Part shown: positions 12,588 through 23,661 of the stretch, piece after piece
Layout of the letters: each line of letters starts with the position of its first letter
Numbering within the stretch: the first letter of the stretch is position 1
Assembly: GCF_001194135.2 (NCBI RefSeq)
Contig: NC_068984.1
Span: 104,374,343 to 104,438,342, forward strand
Reading direction: 5' to 3'
Source: Octopus bimaculoides
Lineage: Eukaryota
Length of the DNA stretch: 64,000 nucleotides
The notes under the pieces: generated by a model
The model's input: the letters and a program-made list of their open reading frames with translations, nothing else
The model's database searches: none
What the model was told of the DNA's origin: nothing
Program-made: the position numbers and the translations under genes

Positions 12588-13873
12588 CGAGGGTGGGCTG
12601 AAAAGCTCATAGGCTGATTATGAAGGAGTGATGCTAGAGCTGTGAAATATTGCATGTGTTAGTTTCAACTCTTCTTATCAATAACTGTATTGTTTCTTTC
12701 TAGGTAAACTGACATCTCACAGTTCAAAGAAGACTATGAAAGTAACTACTAGCGACTTCTCTTGAAAATGGACAAAATTTGTCATTGCACTGTCATCAAA
12801 TACCTGTAGAAAAAGGGTTTCACCCCACTGACATTCATGCTGACATAGTTGCTACATTAGGGGATGACACTCCAGCTTGATCAACAGTGCAAAAGTGGCA
12901 GCTGAATTTAGGAGGAGAAGGGCGAGTCTTGAAGATGATCCAAGGTCTGGATGTCCTGCAACTGCTACCACTGAGTAAAGCATTGATTGAGTTCACTGCA
13001 TGTTGATGGATGACAGGCAGCTGACTATTAATCAAATACCAATATTATCATATCCCATGAGAGAATTGAGAATATTTTGCACAATGATCTTGACATGATG
13101 AAAGTTTCTGCTCAGTAGGTGTCACATCTTCTGATACCTGGTCAAAAGCACACCAGGCTGATCATATCATGGGAAAATCTGACATTGTTTGAGGCAGGCC
13201 CAACTAGTTTCCTTGAATGTTTCCTAACTCAGGATGAGTATTGGCTTTATTACTTTGAGCCAGGGAGAAAGAGACAATCCATACATTGGAAACATCCCTC
13301 CTCACCTTCTCCAAAGAAGGCCAGGGTTGTTTCATCTCCAGGGAAAGTGATGACCTCAGTTTTTTGGGATTCAAAAGGCAATGCATTTATTGACTATCTT
13401 CTAAAGGGCTGCACCATCAATGGGTAGTACTATGCCAACTTGCTGAGGCAGTTATGAAAGGCTATCAAGACCAAACGCCTAGAAAAACTGACAAAAGGGG
13501 TCTTGTTTCATCTGGACAATGCTCCAGCACACAAATCCTTGGTTTCAATGGCTGCTGTGCATGACTGTGGCTTTGAACTATTGATCACTCTCCCTATTCT
13601 CCTGATTTGGCCCCATCTGACTATCATTTGTTCTCTAACATGAAAAAAAATGCTTGGCTAGGAAGCAGCATCACAGTGATGATGTCATATCTGCTGTTGA
13701 TGACTTTTTTGACCAACAGGATGAAAGCTTCATCATCAATGAGATCCAAGAACTTCAACACCGATGGAAAAAGTGTGTGGACCACAAGGGGACAATGTTG
13801 AAAAATAAACCTCATTTGGTCACATTCTGTGAGAGTATCTTGGTCAGCCTATGAACTATTTACTTGATCCTTG
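12588..13873 (+). mobile_element. Full-length mariner (DD34D) fossil, 1286 bp
   Basis: Imperfect TIRs (cgagggtgggctgaaaagctcataggctga / tcagcctatgaactatttacttgatccttg) followed by TA. Transposase relic from ATG 12768 (MDKICHCTVIKYL*, SLEDDPRSG, LDNAPAH, DLAPSDYHLF) with stops and frameshifts. Confidence 0.92.
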
Positions 13874-13893
13874 TATTATACGTTTATTAAACA

Positions 13894-14309
13894 AGGAGTG
13901 AGTGTGTGGTAATTAGCTTGCTTACCAACCACATGGTTCTGGGTTCAGTCCCACTGTGTGGCACCTTGGGTAAATGTCTTCTACTATAGCCTCGGGCTGA
14001 CCAAAGCCTTGTGAGTGGATTTGGTAGACGGAAACTGAAAGAAGCCCGTTGTATATANNNNNNNNNNNNNNNNNNNNNNNNNNNNNNNNNNNNNNNNNNN
14101 NNNNNNNNNNNNNNATATGTATGTATGTGTGTGTATATGTCTGTGTGTCTGTGTTTGTCCCCCCAACATTGCTTGACAACCGATGCTGGTGTGTTTATGT
14201 CCCCGTAACTTAGCGGTTCGGCAAAAGAGACCAATAGAATAAGTACTAGGCTTACAAAGAATAAGTCCTGGGGTCGATTTGCTGAAACAAGTAAAAGAGA
14301 GTAAAAGAG
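13894..14309 (+). mobile_element. SINE family A (gap in internal microsatellite)
   Basis: Same head, body and tail as the 10833 copy. Confidence 0.88.
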
Positions 14310-14599
14310 AATGATAAACTAGCAATGTATTTTATTTTAGTTTGTGGTTCCTTCGGATCTAACTAGCAAATGCATTCTAATATACAAAAGTGAAATGGGT
14401 CTGAATAATTAAATCCTGAATGCAGACTTAATTGGTTGAGAATTTAGCACTCCATTTGTTAAACAAGGAATTCTTACATTGGCATGAATTGTAACAAAGA
14501 GGGAATGAAAGAATGTGTGTCACCCATGCATCTATCATAGGAATCAGTGATATGATGTAACCACAAATAACTTAATGATTTAGGTATAAAACCAGAAAT

Positions 14600-15000
14600 T
14601 TTTGAAGTAAGGGGGTTAGTTACATTGACCCCAATACTCAATTGGTACTTTATTTAAATCACTCTGGAGAGATAAAAGTTAAGTTGACCATGACAGAATC
14701 TATCGTAAACAATCAAAGAAATGTTGCATGGAATTTTGTCTGATGCTCTACTGATTGTACTAATCTATCATCCTTATGTATTTACTAATAATTATATCTA
14801 ATTTTGGCACAAGGCCAGCAATTTTGAGGTAAGGAGGCAAATCAATTACATCAAACTCCAGTACCTGACTGGTACATTATTTATTTGACCCTGAAAGGGT
14901 GAAAGGCAAAGTTGACCTCGGTGGGATTTGAACTCAGAATGTAAAAAGTCAGAAGAAATACTGCACTATGCTCTAATGATTCTGCCAATTTAGCATCCTT
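14600..15000 (-). mobile_element. Two tRNA-derived SINE family B copies
   Basis: ttttggcacaaggccagc...gactggtac...gaaaggcaaagttgacctcggtgggatttgaactcagaatg; the reverse B-box is visible. Confidence 0.7.
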
Positions 15001-16191
15001 AGGTGATTACTAATAATGACAACAGCACAGTTTCATAAATTTTTAAAGAAAGTATATAGTTGATTGAAATGTCCCTGACATATGATAGGTATGTATTTTA
15101 TTGACACCTCTCCTACCATTTCTTGAGTATATGGTAAACAAAGTTAACTCTGTAGAGAGATGAAACTAAATACAGCAATGCATTCAGTGTAAGTAGCTTA
15201 TCATTTTTGTCATTTCACTACTTACAATGGTAAATAAAGAAAATATTATTATCATAGGTTTAATAATAATGTCATAAGTGCAATAGCAGTTTTAATAGAC
15301 AAAAACAAACCTTCTGTGTTAAGTAATTCTATACATCACTGTGAATTCAATGCACAGTTTACAACCAACCAAACATCATTGAGTTAGATTTTAAAGAATT
15401 AAATAAGGACATACTTAATGTATAGAAAGAAAATCATTAATGAATGAGAAAGAAAAGAATAATTGTTCTCTGCTTCTTTTGTTTACTTCATGATATTTTC
15501 AAACTGAAAGTGATGTAATTATTGATGGAACAGAACTGAAATAATATTGTGGGAAGAGTGGTTAAAAGACTGAAATACTGTTTCCAAGAGTCTTAGGCTC
15601 AGACAATGGTACTGAGTTCATATAAAACTTCTAGGCAAATAATGTTACCATACACTGTTCCAAAATGTCATTCTTACTGCACAGAAAAGTGTTTGGAAGT
15701 TGGAAGCATATATAGCAGTAAAACATTTGTCCCTACCCCCATAAAAAATTGCAATTGTAGATACTTGAATTTGCAGAATAATGATGCTTATTATGCATTC
15801 ATGTAAAAATGTCAGAAAATAAATCCCTTAATAAAGACATTACCAGTACAGCAAGGCATTTTCAGCTGTGAAAGATAGATGTATTATTAACTAAAAAAGT
15901 TGATATCCTGTACCAAACATGACACTACACCTGTTCTCACTGCTCTGTAAATGGCCAGCCATAACAAACAATGTGTGTGTGCATATGTGTATTAATATAT
16001 ATATATAAGTATATTTATACATACATGGTATGGCCAATGTAACATGTAGGTGTAGAGAACAATTTTAATGGATGAGGAATGACTAACAAGTGAGATGGTT
16101 CTGGCTAGCAAGAAAGAAAAGTGGTATCAGGAGGGGGAGAAGAGCTGTGGTGATGGAAGAGAGTAAAGTGAGAAGGGGATTGATTGATTGA

Positions 16192-16227
<36 letters not shown>

Positions 16228-17214
16228 NNNNNNNNNNNNNNNNNNNNNNNNNNNNNNNNNNNNNNNNNNNNNNNNNNNNNNNNNNNNNNNNNNNNNNNNN
16301 NNNNNNNNNNNNNNNNNNNNNNNNNNNNNNNNNNNNNNNNNNNNNNNNNNNNNNNNNNNNNNNNNNNNNNNNNNNNNNNNNNNNNNNNNNNNNNNNNNNN
16401 NNNNNNNNNNNNNNNNNNNNNNNNNNNNNNNNNNNNNNNNNNNNNNNNNNNNNNNNNNNNNNNNNNNNNNNNNNNNNNNNNNNNNNNNNNNNNNNNNNNN
16501 NNNNNNNNNNNNNNNNNNNNNNNNNNNNNNNNNNNNNNNNNNNNNNNNNNNNNNNNNNNNNNNNNNNNNNNNNNNNNNNNNNNNNNNNNNNNNNNNNNNN
16601 NNNNNNNNNNNNNNNNNNNNNNNNNNNNNNNNNNNNNNNNNNNNNNNNNNNNNNNNNNNNNNNNNNNNNNNNNNNNNNNNNNNNNNNNNNNNNNNNNNNN
16701 NNNNNNNNNNNNNNNNNNNNNNNNNNNNNNNNNNNNNNNNNNNNNNNNNNNNNNNNNNNNNNNNNNNNNNNNNNNNNNNNNNNNNNNNNNNNNNNNNNNN
16801 NNNNNNNNNNNNNNNNNNNNNNNGTGTCTCGACCATACGTGCACTGATGAACAAAAGATGCAGCTTACTTCACAGTTTTGCTGTATTAATTGAGAAACCA
16901 GTGGTTTGCCATTAAGTTAAATGTTTTTAGGAGGTTAAATTTTTGAAAGTTGCATTTCCCTCGCTTTCGGTAAATATGTTGCTTATTTTTTGGTAGTTTT
17001 TGACTTATTTAGTCCCTCTAAGCGTGAGGCATTACTATATAGTTAATGCCCTTATATAAATTATATATATTTATGGGAAAAAACGATGGGTTTTTTCCTT
17101 ATGGGGTTTTTTCATGCTGACTACTTGATAAATTCTTATAAAGATTTTATCCTATATTATATTATATATACAAATATAGGTATATATACAAATATACATA
17201 CAAATATAGGTATA

Positions 17215-17525
17215 TCGTCGTCGTCGTTTAACGTCCGCTTTCCATGCTAGCATGGGTTGGACAATTTGACTGAGGACTGGTGAAACCAGATGGCTACACC
17301 AGGCTCCAATCTGATTTGGCAGTGTTTCCACAGCTGGATGCCCTTCCTAACGCCAACCACTCAGAGAGTGTAGTGGGTGCTTTTACGTGTCACCCGCACG
17401 AAGACCAGTCAGGCGGTACTGGCAACGGCCACGCTCATCTCGCTCGAGAAACCTCATGTGTCACCCGCACAAGAGCCAGTCCAGGGGCACCAGCAACGAT
17501 CTCGCTCGAAAATCCTACAACAACC
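17215..17525 (-). mobile_element. RTE LINE 3' end, runs into gap
   Basis: cgtttaacgtccgctttccatgctagcatgggttggac... nearly identical to 20483-20660. Confidence 0.88.
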
Positions 17526-18104
17526 NNNNNNNNNNNNNNNNNNNNNNNNNNNNNNNNNNNNNNNNNNNNNNNNNNNNNNNNNNNNNNNNNNNNNNNNNNN
17601 NNNNNNNNNNNNNNNNNNNNNNNNNNNNNNNNNNNNNNNNNNNNNNNNNNNNNNNNNNNNNNNNNNNNNNNNNNNNNNNNNNNNNNNNNNNNNNNNNNNN
17701 NNNNNNNNNNNNNNNNNNNNNNNNNNNNNNNNNNNNNNNNNNNNNNNNNNNNNNNNNNNNNNNNNNNNNNNNNNNNNNNNNNNNNNNNNNNNNNNNNNNN
17801 NNNNNNNNNNNNNNNNNNNNNNNNNNNNNNNNNNNNNNNNNNNNNNNNNNNNNNNNNNNNNNNNNNNNNNNNNNNNNNNNNNNNNNNNNNNNNNNNNNNN
17901 NNNNNNNNNNNNNNNNNNNNNNNNNNNNNNNNNNNNNNNNNNNNNNNNNNNNNNNNNNNNNNNNNNNNNNNNNNNNNNNNNNNNNNNNNNNNNNNNNNNN
18001 NNNNNNNNNNNNNNNNNNNNNNNNNNNNNNNNNNNNNNNNNNNNNNNNNNNNNNNNNNNNNNNNNNNNAGTATATATTAGTATGACGCTCGGGAATACGG
18101 AAAG

Positions 18105-18141
18105 TCTTTGACGTTTCGAGCTACGCTCTTCAACAGAAAGA
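18105..18141 (-). ncRNA. Minimal hammerhead-like motif (A6 to U), palindromic stem III
   Basis: Minus strand reads UCUUU CUGUUGA A GAGC gua GCUC GAAAC GUC AAAGA: 5-bp stem I, 4-bp stem II, loopless ACGU stem III. Confidence 0.5.
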
Positions 18142-18486
18142 ATACGGAGACAAGGAGAAAAACACGGAGAAATATGTATGCCACACCTGGAACCAAGCCT
18201 GAGTTGGATGTATGGTTTATATTGAACTTGATACTACACATGATGTTCATAGTTGTTTTACCTCATTGTGAACTCAATGTTATGGTACGTAGCTGGTCCT
18301 GGTATCCTACGCGTTGATGCAACTAGATTCTAACGAACCCTGTAACTAACTAATCAATCAATGTATGTATGTATGTATGTATGTATGTATGTATGTATGT
18401 ATGTATGTATGTATGTATGTATGTATGTATACAGATATAAATAATATACATACATTAAATATATATATGATATATGTTGAATATAT

Positions 18487-18866
18487 TTACTTGTTTCAGT
18501 CATTTGACTGCACCGCCTTTAGTTGAACAAATCAACCCCAGGACTTATTCTTTGTAAGCCTAGTATTTAGTCTATCAGTCTCTTTTGCTGAACTGCTAAG
18601 TTACGGGAACATAAACATACCAACATTGGTTATCAAGTGATGGTGGGGGGACAAACACAGACATATCCATCTATCCATCCATCCATCTACATATATACAC
18701 ACGATGGGCTTCTTACAGTTTCTGTCTACCAAATCCACTCACAAGGCTTTGATCAGCCCAAGGCTATAGTAGAAGACACTTGCCCAAGGTGCCATGCAGT
18801 GGGATTGAACCTAGAACCATGTGGTTGTTAAGCAAGCTATTTACCACACAACCACACCTTAGCCTA
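18487..18866 (-). mobile_element. SINE family A
   Basis: Reverse complement of family-A sequence. Confidence 0.85.
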
Positions 18867-19439
18867 TATATGCACATATACACACTTATATATATAACAT
18901 CTACCTTGAGCCTACTGGCTCCTGAGGCCTGAAATTGTCTGCATTTCCAAGGTAGTTGAGCAACTGAGAGTACATCCCCTGGAGGTAATGCTGGTCCATC
19001 ACAGCATTAACTCTCAGCTGTAGCAGGTACTCATTTTTAGCAGAGTTGATTGGAGCAATGTGAAATGAAGTGTTGTGCTCAAGAAGACAATTATCACCAG
19101 GCCCTAGAATCAAACACACAACATAATGATTGTAAGTGCTACACTCTAACTGCTAGGCCATGTGTCTTCACACACACACACACACACACAGACAGACAGA
19201 TAGACACATGCGCACGCACACACACACACACACCATGCACACATACACACATTACAAAATTTTACAGCCTAACTTTGAGTTGCTGCTCAAAGTTGATCCA
19301 GATCATGTTTCTTGATATTTGAAATATTGTTGATTCTAGTGAGAGTTGCCTTTTTACATATTCCATTCCAACTGGGACTACATTGTCAAGAAACACAAAC
19401 TCAGTGTTATGTTCTCTCTTGAAATCCTTAATTGAGATT

Positions 19440-19636
19440 ATTTCCATGCTAGATGTGACCATTTCCATGTTAGGTGTGATTACTTCCATGCTAGGCATGC
19501 TAAGCATGTTATTTCCATGCTAAGTGTAATAATTTTTATTCTTGGTGTGATTATTTCCATGCTAGGTGTGATCATTTCCATGCTAGGTACAATAATTTCC
19601 ATGCTGGATGTGATTATTTCCATGCTAGGTGTGATC
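19440..19636. repeat. 21-bp minisatellite, about 9 copies (atttccatgctaggtgtgatt)
   Basis: Direct inspection. Confidence 0.9.
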
Positions 19637-20435
19637 AGTGAATAATTTCAATGTTAGGCAACAGGATCTTGCAATTTGTGCTATTTATTTTCATGCTTCA
19701 TTTTTTTTTGGATATTTTCAGGTTGTGTTGTCAGTATCTTAACAAGCATGGTGTACATCTTACAAATATTGACTCTAGAACCTGAAGATTACAAATATGA
19801 ACTCTAAAATCTGAAGATGACAGACCTGGGCTAGAAGTTAGTTGGAATATGGTGTTTCTATATTCAGAGTATTATTACAAGACAAGGCACAGAAATAGTC
19901 CCATAAGAAAAGTTATTCATATGGCAGATACCATTACCAAGGTAACGAAAAGAAGTAAGTTGAGCTGTAATAAGAAAGCCATATTCTCAGACTTGTGAAG
20001 TTACAGGGTTACTGTTAGCAATAGTGGTGGATGGAATCTGATAAAAGAAGATGGTTCTGAATAGTGGAGAGAGATTGAAGATCTGGAAAGGACAGGGTAG
20101 CTAAAGTAAAGAAGTAATAAAACTCTAACTGGAAATGAATGATACCTTGAGAGTTCACACAGATGCTGTATCACTGCTATTTTTATCTCTCCTCTTCTCT
20201 ACCCAACTCATCTACATCCCCTCTTCTAAAATACAGGTAGCTATGCAGGCCCTCTACAGTAAGAAACATTTTCTGCTCTGGCCTTTTCTCTCATACTTTA
20301 ACCCTTTATCTCCTAACATAAGGTTACCCCTCTCAGGCTTGTTAGTCTTGTAAGCTGCATGGCAACCTAAATACTACTAGTAGCATGAAAAAAAGCACCC
20401 AGTACTCAATGTAAAATGATTGGCATTAGGAAGGG

Positions 20436-20439
<4 letters not shown>

Positions 20440-20484
<45 letters not shown>

Positions 20485-21295
20485 GTTTAACGTCCGCTTT
20501 CCATGCTAGCATGGGTTGGACGATTTCACTGAGGACTGGTGAAACCGGATGGCAACACCAGGCTCCAGTCTGATTTGGCAGAGTTTCTACAGCTGGATGC
20601 CCTTCCTAACGCCAACCACTCAGAGAGTGTAGTGGGTGCTTTTACGTGTCACCCGCACGAAAACGGCCACGCTCGAAATGGTGTCTTTNNNNNNNNNNNN
20701 NNNNNNNNNNNNNNNNNNNNNNNNNNNNNNNNNNNNNNNNNNNNNNNNNNNNNNNNNNNNNNNNNNNNNNNNNNNNNNNNNNNNNNNNNNNNNNNNNNNN
20801 NNNNNNNNNNNNNNNNNNNNNNNNNNNNNNNNNNNNNNNNNNNNNNNNNNNNNNNNNNNNNNNNNNNNNNNNNNNNNNNNNNNNNNNNNNNNNNNNNNNN
20901 NNNNNNNNNNNNNNNNNNNNNNNNNNNNNNNNNNNNNNNNNNNNNNNNNNNNNNNNNNNNNNNNNNNNNNNNNNNNNNNNNNNNNNNNNNNNCGGGTTCC
21001 CTCAACTGTTAGGGTGTGGCACTTTTTCACGCAGCTATCCTCATCCATTCTCACCACATGTCCATACCAGCACAATCGTCTCTCTTGCACGCCACAACTG
21101 ATGCTTCTAATGTTCAGCTTTTCTCTCAAGATACTTACACTCTGACGGGTATTCGCATTGACATTACACATCCAACGGAGCATACTGGCTTCATTCCTTG
21201 CGAGCTTACGTATGTCCTCAGCAGTTACAGCCCATGTTTCACTGCCATGTAGCATGGTTGTTCGTACGCATGCGTCATACAGTCTGCCTTTTACT
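20440..21295 (-). mobile_element. Young 5'-truncated RTE-clade LINE (ORF2 C-terminus, 3' UTR, (ATG)n tail)
   Basis: ORF 20620..21255 MLHGSETWAVT...LRWMC...QERRLCWYGHVVRMDED is typical RTE post-RT sequence; CATC on both flanks. Confidence 0.9.
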
Positions 21296-23404
21296 CATCC
21301 AGCCATAAAAATTATGTCAGAGTAGACAGTGGAGCACGACGCAGTCCTTGGACCTGTTGGATCACGTCAAACCATACAACTCTTGACAGCATGAAACAAA
21401 GATGTTAAATGATGAAATGATGATGATACTGATGTTATAACTTCTGCAGGTTTAGCCATGCTATTGAAAGAGATTAAACCACAGATCAAATCATTAATTT
21501 GATCTCTTTGTAGTAGAAAAAGTGAAATTGTATGACTAATTTCTAGTCTTCTAAGACCTTCATCAGGGAAAGAATGGCTATCTTGAGTGTCACATACATT
21601 GAATGAATTAGTATATAACTCTATAACAACAACTACACTGGGATACATTGATATTACAAACAGTACAATATTACTGCATTTTAAAGAATATTAGTTGGAT
21701 AAGATAATTTTTGATATTTTTCTCGATTCAATGTGATGAAATGATGAAAAAACAAATATCATCTCATTTTATTATTATTATAAGTGACATTTAGGCAAAT
21801 GGTACAAACAGAGGAATTGACAAGACTTCAAAGTGACATTTAATCAAATGTAACAATAAAACAATTAAAGAAATATATGTTTATGAAAAAACTTCCTTCA
21901 TTTGATAAACATGTGATAGTGTCATGACGATACCATAGTGGTATCATGGTTGAATCATGGTGATATCATGGTAGTGTTGTGGTGATATGATACTTTAGTA
22001 TTAAAACACCTGAATATTTTTCATCAATTACTTATGAACTAACATGCACATGTGTGTATGTATGTAAATGCATGTGAGAATATGCATGTGTGTGTATGAA
22101 AGTCTGTCTGTTTGAATGTATGTACATATGTATGTATGTATGTATGCATGTTTGCATGCATGTATATATGTATGTTTATGTATATATGTATGTTTATGTA
22201 TATGTATGTGTGCATGCACAATTGTACACACACATACATACTAGAAGAACATTATGAATGACAATTTAGAATTATTTAAGAACTATTTCCAGTTTTTATT
22301 GACTGTCACTCAAACATCTGTGGTTTGTGGGTGGTGATAAGAAGTTTGTTCATTTCTATTCAAGGATCAGTAAAAGACAAACCTCTTTTAAGGTACTAAT
22401 TTAACCCTGAAAAAATTGAACAATGAGTTAATTCCACACTTTGCCAATTTTATAGAGTTGCTCCTGCATGCAGCAGTACCACTGTGTCAAAGCATATTTA
22501 AAGTGAGGCAGACATGATTGCAGGTAATTAATTGTAATGGGGCAGACAGGGCACAGTTATACAGAGTGTAATACAAAGACCTGTCATTTTGTGGCCATTG
22601 GTGTAATAGTAGTAAAGTTAGGCATATGGTAATAGTGTTTTCACGCAGCTAATGTTTTATCATTTTTCTTCAGTTACCATCAAGTTTAGACAGGTGCACA
22701 TGCTTGCTATTAAAACGTTTATCAAGAATGGTAATCTGGGAGGTCTATTTTTTTGTTGCATTTTGTATAAGAATAAAAACTTGTCACTTTTGACTGATAG
22801 CAAGCTTTTAGACAAAGTTTCCTGTCAGAAGATAACACAATACCCTGATGTGCTGCTTCCTACAACAGGAACTTATAAATTGTGATTTCTTCCTTCCCTT
22901 CTCCTCACCAGTTTTGGAAACTTTGAGAAAAAAAGGTCATCTTTCTTCTCTATGACATATAGGGTACAACTGAAAAATCTCCCCTATTTTACATGACTAT
23001 TGATGTGCCAGTTAATAAAGTTAGAAAGATAATAATGCTATCTTCATGTAGCTAATGTTTTATTGCTTTTTTTTTCAGTTGCCATCATGTTTTGAAATCA
23101 ATGCATACTGAGTGTTTGATGCTGAAACATTTGTCGGACTGTAAAATGTGAGGGTTTTTTGCCACACTCAATGAAAAAATGCTTGAAACATCCACACTCT
23201 ACTGTTTATGAGAATATTTAGATTTTAGAAGCATTTATTGAGGAATTATTGAAAGAAATATAAGATTATGTTGCAAGAACTCATTGGATTGGATAACCCA
23301 ATCTTTTGAGTTTTTATTAGCACCATATTTTTGATTAGTATTATTTCTCATTGCATAAAAGAAATTATTATTTCTCATTATATTCAGTTATTTATTTAAT
23401 CTAC

Positions 23405-23451
23405 ATCTAGGAGATCCTGCGTAGAGCCATGGGAGCTGCCTTCCCTTCTGA
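23405..23451 (-). CDS. Candidate small coding exon (47 nt, phase 1-0), RREGSSHGSTQDLLD
   Basis: Strong acceptor ttttatttttatctttcag and donor GAT|gtagat in a GC-richer island. End phase fits the 3670 exon, but no convincing upstream phase-1 partner was found. Confidence 0.4.
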
Positions 23452-23617
23452 CTGAAAGATAAAAATAAAACTTTTCTAAAAATATACAAGAATTGAAATT
23501 TTAATGAAGGAGTTGAAATAAAAAAGGACCAAAAAAGTACTAAACTGTAATATATGACCATGACTATGAAACAATACTGTTACTGCAATATATGGTTATA
23601 ACAAAATGTTATTACTG

Positions 23618-23661
<44 letters not shown>

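Noticed and set aside
17270-17290. CTGAGGA-ctggt-GAAAC in the RTE 3' UTR (also at 20530 and 43617)
   Set aside because: No stem II, stem I or stem III pairing; chance resemblance to a hammerhead core.
16083-18111. Long ORFs spanning N-runs (also 8665-9034, 20539-21145, 31066-31742, 50412-51907, 55063-55896)
   Set aside because: Their length comes from X codons in assembly gaps; they are not evidence of genes.
19262-19507. 81-aa ORF with a faint resemblance to a GIY-YIG C-terminus
   Set aside because: It starts in the 21-bp minisatellite and no diagnostic motif is visible.
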